A stretch of DNA of 39,712 bases from a virus (Duplodnaviria; Caudoviricetes), in IMG/VR virus record IMGVR_UViG_3300050196_000278, positions 1-39,712 of that record, one strand, 5' to 3'. How positions within the stretch are numbered: the stretch's first letter is position 1; every line of letters begins with the position of its first letter. The position numbers were made by a program, and so were the translations under genes. The notes below the pieces were generated by a model. That model was not told the DNA's origin and ran no database searches. It was given only the letters and a program-made list of their open reading frames with translations. Positions 34,593-39,712 of the stretch are shown here, piece by piece.

Positions 34593-35066
34593 TTATTGTT
34601 TTAGTAGGTTGTTAGGAGGTGTTGGCAATAGCATCCAATGAGTACATTTTATAGGTAATGAACCGCCATCCCAATCTTCATTGTATCCCCAAAATGTTTT
34701 TTTACTATTTGGCTTATGGTGCTTTGACCGATATTCACCTAAATTTATTTTGCCATCAAATACCAATATCGTTTTATTTTCTTCGGGCAACTTGTCTTTA
34801 ACTGAAATCCATTGCGGTTGCTGCAACTCCCAAAACTCTTCTTCACTAAATACATACTTATCTTGCTTCTTTAGCCAATGGGTTATCCCTGAATTTTTGG
34901 GGAACATTTTTATTCTACCAACTGACCAAACATTTTCATCTGCGACCCACATGGCATCAAACGGGCTAATTAATTTCGGATTAATTACAATATAAGTGCC
35001 ATTTTTATTTGGTAATTCCGTATCTACACTTACAGGCACATACACTTCTTGCTTAGTTAGTTTCAT
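34593..35066 (-). CDS. DUF551-like protein, tandem domains
   Basis: VPVSVDTELP...ITHWL and WISVKDKLP...THWMLLPTPP. Confidence 0.75.
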   Translation of the reverse strand: MKLTKQEVYVPVSVDTELPNKNGTYIVINPKLISPFDAMWVADENVWSVGRIKMFPKNSGITHWLKKQDKYVFSEEEFWELQQPQWISVKDKLPEENKTILVFDGKINLGEYRSKHHKPNSKKTFWGYNEDWDGGSLPIKCTHWMLLPTPPNNLLKQ

Positions 35067-35078
35067 TGGGTTGTGTTT

Positions 35079-35423
35079 TTAGATTAATCCGAGCGCTTTT
35101 GATGCCTCTCTTAATTGGGTTAATGTAAATTCTTTATTAAAATAGTAGCGGTCGGTAGCTTTTTTTAGCTTCATAAACAAGGATTCGCACTCTAACTTAT
35201 CCAATATTTCCTGTTTAGTTAAATACAATTGAAAATTACATTTGGAAAAATCCTTGTTTACGTGCATCAATGTTGCTTTTTCTATCGGATACCTACTATC
35301 ATAACCTTGAAGATAAAAATACTTATTCCCTATTTTCCCTATTACATACTCTTTTATTTCTATTGGTTTACCTCTTTCAGAAACGGCTCTATATAAAACT
35401 TGCCCTACTGTTAATTTATCCAT
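35079..35423 (-). CDS. Hypothetical beta-barrel-like protein
   Basis: MDKLTVGQVLY...IGKIGNKYFYL; ATG 35423. Confidence 0.7.
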   Translation of the reverse strand: MDKLTVGQVLYRAVSERGKPIEIKEYVIGKIGNKYFYLQGYDSRYPIEKATLMHVNKDFSKCNFQLYLTKQEILDKLECESLFMKLKKATDRYYFNKEFTLTQLREASKALGLI

Positions 35424-35709
35424 TGGTTTTAGGTTTTTGAAGTTCTGAAATAAGGGCATCACCCGTTTCTGCCGCCCATTGTGCTAATACCTTGTCATCT
35501 GTAAACTCTTTATTTGCTAGGTATCCTTGCATTGCCGCCTTAGCTGCTTCAAATCTCATAGCATCAATAGTGGGGTGGTTTTCTTTGGCTAAGGACACTA
35601 CTTCTTGAATGTCCGAAATAACTGCGCTAAATCCTGATGTAAATTCGTACCAATATAAAAATGTATCTACATCTACTATTTTACTTAATCTATCTAATGC
35701 TGTTTCCAT
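35416..35709 (-). CDS. Hypothetical phage protein
   Basis: RFEAAKAAMQGYLAN...DALISELQK. Confidence 0.7.
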   Translation of the reverse strand: METALDRLSKIVDVDTFLYWYEFTSGFSAVISDIQEVVSLAKENHPTIDAMRFEAAKAAMQGYLANKEFTDDKVLAQWAAETGDALISELQKPKTNG

Positions 35710-35711
35710 TT

Positions 35712-35891
35712 TTAAATATTTTTAACGTCATTGATTAATATTATTGTTTGCTCTCTTGCGTAATCTTCAACACTACGCTTTTCATCTTCTGTCAAATCTT
35801 GCCATGCGATATGTTCTTCGTGTCCAAAATCAACTAAATCAATTTCTTCAACTGTTGAGCTTAATTGCATTTCAACTTTTACTGTTGCCAT
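35712..35891 (-). CDS. Small acidic protein (59 aa, not in ORF track)
   Basis: Manual translation MATVKVEMQLSSTVEEIDL...WQDLTEDEKRSVEDYARE... Confidence 0.65.
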   Translation of the reverse strand: MATVKVEMQLSSTVEEIDLVDFGHEEHIAWQDLTEDEKRSVEDYAREQTIILINDVKNI

Positions 35892-35945
35892 AATAAATAC
35901 CGCTATCGTTTACGGTGTCCTTTTTTTTATTTTTGATTATTGTAT

Positions 35946-36209
35946 TTAACTTTTAGTTGCAGACAAAATATTTTTCTTGGTATTCCCATAATTACCTGCT
36001 AAATAATTGCCTACATGGGCTATGATTGCTCCTGCTTGATGAAGTGTAAGGGGCTTGCAATTCATGGCATCGTTTTTAATAGCTAACAAATCTGCGTATG
36101 CAGCCTTAACGGGAACTTCGCTATCGGCAATAGTGTTAAATCTTTTTAACAGCAAATTCCAATTATCGGCATTTGTTTCATCTGAAAATTCTTTTGACTT
36201 GGGTATCAT
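35946..36209 (-). CDS. Hypothetical protein
   Basis: 87 aa. Confidence 0.65.
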   Translation of the reverse strand: MIPKSKEFSDETNADNWNLLLKRFNTIADSEVPVKAAYADLLAIKNDAMNCKPLTLHQAGAIIAHVGNYLAGNYGNTKKNILSATKS

Positions 36210-36224
36210 TTTTTTATTTTAAAG

Positions 36225-36656
36225 TTAGAAAAAGTCTTTTGAGTGTTCTATCGCGTAATTTGTTAATTGAATTTGCTGCCAATTAGGAATGGAGGTATCT
36301 TTTTTTATCAAAACCATCAATCGTTCCAATTCCTTCGTATGTCCCGTTTCCTTAATTTCCAACTTGTATAAATCAAATTGGCTTTCTTCGCTTTCCACTA
36401 ATTTCAACGGAGCAACATACTGCACATCTCGTATCGGAGCTTCTGCTCTTTGAATTACCTTATGAAAGGCTATATCAGGTTCTACATGGAAGGTTTGATA
36501 GTATCTCTCCAAAAGCCAATCTACTACTCGTTGCTTTGTGGTCAACTTCGCCTCTCTTTTTTGAATAAAGTCTAAATGATTAGCGTCAAATCTTATTCCT
36601 GACGGACTTGTTTTTTTTGAGTCCTTGCTATAACCTCGTTCTTTCTTGTCTACCAT
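36225..36656 (-). CDS. Hypothetical protein, possible ribbon-helix-helix N-terminus
   Basis: SGIRFDANHLDFIQ...KQRVVDWLLERY. Confidence 0.6.
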   Translation of the reverse strand: MVDKKERGYSKDSKKTSPSGIRFDANHLDFIQKREAKLTTKQRVVDWLLERYYQTFHVEPDIAFHKVIQRAEAPIRDVQYVAPLKLVESEESQFDLYKLEIKETGHTKELERLMVLIKKDTSIPNWQQIQLTNYAIEHSKDFF

Positions 36657-36660
36657 TGCA

Positions 36661-36668
36661 CAAATGTA
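36661..36668 (-). promoter_or_regulatory. -7 promoter element, leftward
   Basis: TACATTTG on - strand 5 nt before ATG 36656; overlapped by a TGTAGCAC direct repeat. Confidence 0.55.
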
Positions 36669-37161
36669 GCACTATTGTAGCACACTAAAAAATAAATTTG
36701 GTTATTTTTTTGAACTAACCAAATTTATCCCCCCCTTTCCCTCCCAATCCTCCCTGATAAACGGGCAGTCCAAATAGCAAGCAAATTAACCCAAAACCCA
36801 AAATAAGCCCCAAATCCTCCTCCCTTACATCTACATATCCTATAGCTAGTTAAACAGCTTACAAATGCCCAAACAATACAGGTTACAATACAAAATGAGC
36901 AGCAAACGCAATAGTATAACGCATACCAGGCAGCAAATACAATAGTTTCACGCCTACATCATTCGCAATGCCTAACCAATACCACAAGCCAAAGGCAATT
37001 TCAAAAACGTAAACGAGTGCCACCCTATCTGTAAAAGTCATCACCCCTTTACGGGCATCGACCTGTGAGTAGTGGGGGAGGCTTAAGAAAGCGTAAGCGG
37101 ACTAACTTTTTTTTGTTTTATTGGAGTAATGTGTTTAGGTTTGCTTTTTAAAATAAAATTT

Positions 37162-37995
37162 ATGGAAAAAGAAATTTGGTTGCCGATAGTGAAGCCGATG
37201 GATTTAGTCGGAAAGTATGAAATAAGTAGTATGGGTAGATTGAAACGATGTGGCTACCTTATGAAAAGTAAAAAATGGAAGCCTGAATTAATTTTGTCTC
37301 TGAGCGTAAAAACTAAGTATTTGAAGTTTGCTTTTAAGTACAATAAAAAAAACTACAACATATCCATTCATAGATTAGTATGTTTGGCATTCCATGAAAA
37401 TAATTGCAACAAGCCGCAAGTGAACCATAAAAACGGGATTAAGCATGATAATCGTGCAGTAAATTTAGAATGGTGTGACCAATCTGAAAATATAAGGCAT
37501 GCTCAATCTATTGGTTTAATTAAAAAAGCGGTAATAAAGCAAAAGGTGCCAAGGAAAATAAGAGAGAAAGGGCTGAATACAAAAAAAATAATTGACACGA
37601 GCAATGGCGTCATTTACGATTCGATTGATATTTTGTGTAAAGAGAAGGGGTTATCGTCTAATAATATTCAAAGGCAAATATCTGGAGCTAGATGGTGCTA
37701 TGTACCTTATAGGTATATTGGACAAGAGGATAAGGTAAAAATACCGCCACCGCCAATTCCAAAAGTAGAAAAAATTAAAGAAATAAAAGTCAGACCACCT
37801 AAAAAGGTGTATATACCTCACCCATTGGAACGAAAGAAGATGGCAATGTATGATGTGAGCGGCAACTTAGTTAAACTATTCGATTCAAGTACCGAAGCTG
37901 CCGAGCATGTAAAATCTAATCCTGATACATTTAGAAGGGCAGTCAGAAGAAGCCCAAGAAGTTTTACGAAGGGATATGTTTTTAAATACCTTTAG
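37162..37995 (+). CDS. HNH homing endonuclease (NUMOD4-HNH-NUMOD1-like)
   Basis: EIWLPI..YEISSMGR, IHRLV..AF, VNHKNGIKHDNRAVNLEW, C-terminal FDSSTEAAE...TKGYVFKY. Confidence 0.88.
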   Translation: MEKEIWLPIVKPMDLVGKYEISSMGRLKRCGYLMKSKKWKPELILSLSVKTKYLKFAFKYNKKNYNISIHRLVCLAFHENNCNKPQVNHKNGIKHDNRAVNLEWCDQSENIRHAQSIGLIKKAVIKQKVPRKIREKGLNTKKIIDTSNGVIYDSIDILCKEKGLSSNNIQRQISGARWCYVPYRYIGQEDKVKIPPPPIPKVEKIKEIKVRPPKKVYIPHPLERKKMAMYDVSGNLVKLFDSSTEAAEHVKSNPDTFRRAVRRSPRSFTKGYVFKYL

Positions 37996-37999
37996 TACA

Positions 38000-38750
38000 T
38001 TGGTTTGAACATAGTCCTATGAGGGTAGTGGTTTTCTTATGTGATGGCTATGTGATTTTTGCTACTATTTTAATTAGAATTTAAGGTTGGTGTTGGGTAT
38101 TGTGCTTTATGTTTGCATTGTTGTTTGAAACGGTTCAATGAGTTGGCTGAAACGCTACGCATGACAGCTCTGATTTCCGACCGAAAGGAGGTTATTATTT
38201 CAACTGTCCAACTACGGAATAATGAGTACGTTTACCCGTTACTTACAACGATTTTTAAAAATAACTACGGGTGTTTAATAAGTGGGTTCAAATATTTTTA
38301 TAGATAAATCGTGTTTGATGGGAAACAACGGAATAGGCAACGTTGCCACGAATACTGTACACCTTTTTTAAAACACTAAACTTCGTACCTGTTGTAGCAA
38401 TAGAAGTGTTGGAAAGGCTGCAATGAAGGTTTCCAAACCCAAGAGCAACGGGTCGAACACAAGGTAAAAAAATACCCATGTAGGATGCTTAAACAATCGG
38501 TGGCTTAGTGAGCTAAATGGGCGGCAAGGTATGACCTGCAAGGTGGCTCAAAGCCATCGCTGTCCACACGTCAAATCCCAAGTAAGAAAGGTAAAAGGGT
38601 AGGATAGTGAGGTTATAAGAAAAGGCACAGCGTAGGGGTAGTTTCCCGAAATAAAACTGACTTATGTGTACTGCTTGTAAATAGCTACCGATAGTATTAC
38701 CAACGCATGAAGGGGAGCGGTAAAAGATGCAACCGCTCCCTATTTTAAAA
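38000..38750 (+). ncRNA. Candidate large structured ncRNA region
   Basis: No credible ORF, more G/C than flanks, many short helices, ends in the GGGAGCGGT/ACCGCTCCC-TATTTT hairpin. Confidence 0.4.
38713..38746 (+). terminator. Intrinsic terminator
   Basis: GGGAGCGGT (38713-38721) / ACCGCTCCC (38732-38740) plus TATTTT. Confidence 0.7.
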
Positions 38751-38776
38751 AAGTTCTTTTAAATATATTCTATGTT

Positions 38777-38876
38777 GCTTTTTTGTGGCGGAATTGGAAG
38801 ACGCACGGATGGTAATGACATCGTACCTAGCCGCAGAGCGAGACGGCGTATTGGTTCAAGTCCAATCAATTAAGCA
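38777..38876 (+). tRNA. Degenerate tRNA-like element (Leu/Ser-type D arm)
   Basis: GTGGCGGAATTGGAAGACGC D arm; ATTGG-TTCAAGT-CCAAT T arm; GCCG/CGGC variable arm; mismatched acceptor and atypical anticodon arm. Confidence 0.55.
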
Positions 38877-39059
38877 GCATAGATAACTTACTTGTGTGGT
38901 GGAACAGATAGCGGGTGTAATGCACATGGCACAGGCAGATGTCCAAAATTATAAGTCCAAACCAACCTCCTGAGGGTCGGGAGATACCCAAGAGCAATAT
39001 CAGGCAAGGTGCATGCATCACACATAATTTTTTTTCATGAGCAGTTGGTTTTGTTAAAA

Positions 39060-39089
39060 GGACTTCGTTTCTACGAAGTCCAATTTTTT
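39060..39089 (+). terminator. Intrinsic terminator
   Basis: GGACTTCGT / ACGAAGTCC then AATTTTTT. Confidence 0.7.
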
Positions 39090-39267
39090 AAGCAAATCTT
39101 AATTGGAACTTACTCTATCATACGGTGACCTTTGTAAAGTCAGCTACTTTAGGTAAACAATAAAAAATCAAACAATAAATTTTAATTAATCTTTTGCTTG
39201 TTTTGATTAAGACCATTGCCGATTTTTATGCCAATTTAGTAGCTGGCTTTTTTTAAAACTTAACGAA

Positions 39268-39450
39268 ATGATTAACGACTATCAAAAGGTACTGGCATTA
39301 GTAGAGGCATCTAATACTCCACAAAGACTAGATGATTGTAAGGATGCGGCAGAAATATTCCTAGAAAAATACCGAACACTACCAGGAATACACAAATACT
39401 ACGAAAAAATACTAAACGCAATACTCGCAAAAGAAAATATAATAGACTAA
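39268..39450 (+). CDS. Hypothetical protein
   Basis: 60 aa. Confidence 0.6.
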   Translation: MINDYQKVLALVEASNTPQRLDDCKDAAEIFLEKYRTLPGIHKYYEKILNAILAKENIID

Positions 39451-39477
39451 ATCTAAAAACAAATAAACTAACCTACA

Positions 39478-39606
39478 ATGAAATCACTAATAAGAGAAAT
39501 AAGGCTGTACATAGTAGTGAAACTTATTGGATGGGCTTTTGATATTTGCCCAAATGATGCTCCTAAAACAAAAGCGTGGTTTACCGAATTACCATTTGAA
39601 AAATAA
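39478..39606 (+). CDS. Small hypothetical protein (42 aa)
   Basis: Manual translation MKSLIREIRLYIVVKLIGWAFDICPNDAPKTKAWFTELPFEK. Confidence 0.5.
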   Translation: MKSLIREIRLYIVVKLIGWAFDICPNDAPKTKAWFTELPFEK

Positions 39607-39612
39607 TACATA

Positions 39613-39712
39613 ATGCACATAGATAAAGTAACAATAAGCGAAACGCATGAGATAGTGCTTGGAGAAAAGACACTTCGCTGGCAAAAAATAGAAGCATCGG
39701 TAGTATTAGAGC
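39613..39712 (+). CDS. Hypothetical protein, 5' partial
   Basis: MHIDKVTISETHEIVLGEKTLRWQKIEAS... open to the window end. Confidence 0.5.
   Translation, partial: MHIDKVTISETHEIVLGEKTLRWQKIEASVVLE

Noticed and set aside
38113-38479. Short ORFs 38113..38307 and 38288..38479
   Set aside because: They lack A-rich leaders and protein-like composition; the region is better explained as structured RNA.
1-39712. Stop-codon reassignment as seen in some crAss-like phages
   Set aside because: Long genes are intact in code 11, and TAG/TGA end genes at tight junctions. No suppressor tRNA was recognised.

Overview
This window is part of a tailed dsDNA phage genome, AT-rich, in standard code 11. The host is most likely a Bacteroidota species, judged from several TTTG-N20/21-TAnnTTTG promoters and A-rich leaders. 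1-14.3 kb (- strand) is a Crassvirales-like virion module: terminase, portal, scaffold-like protein, major capsid protein, ring/tail proteins and muzzle. A complete groEL-groES pair sits among the tail genes. 14.3-18.3 kb is a glycosyltransferase/methyltransferase cluster. 18.3-26.6 kb and 33.3-36.7 kb are leftward runs of small accessory genes. 26.7-33.2 kb (+) is a replication module: HTH, initiator with iteron-like repeats, primase-helicase, SSB and HNHs. 36.7-39.3 kb holds a skew-switch region, an HNH gene and about 1.25 kb of structured non-coding DNA with a degenerate tRNA. The most notable feature is 19.59-23.63 kb: nine single-gene units separated by nine diverged 110-200 bp imperfect hairpins bounded by YAACA...CGTT. 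The bases after each GTT are complementary to the bases before the next hairpin's AAC in 8 of 9 units, which is the signature of integron-type gene cassettes. No recombinase is present in the window. All product calls come from visible motifs and synteny; no database search was run.
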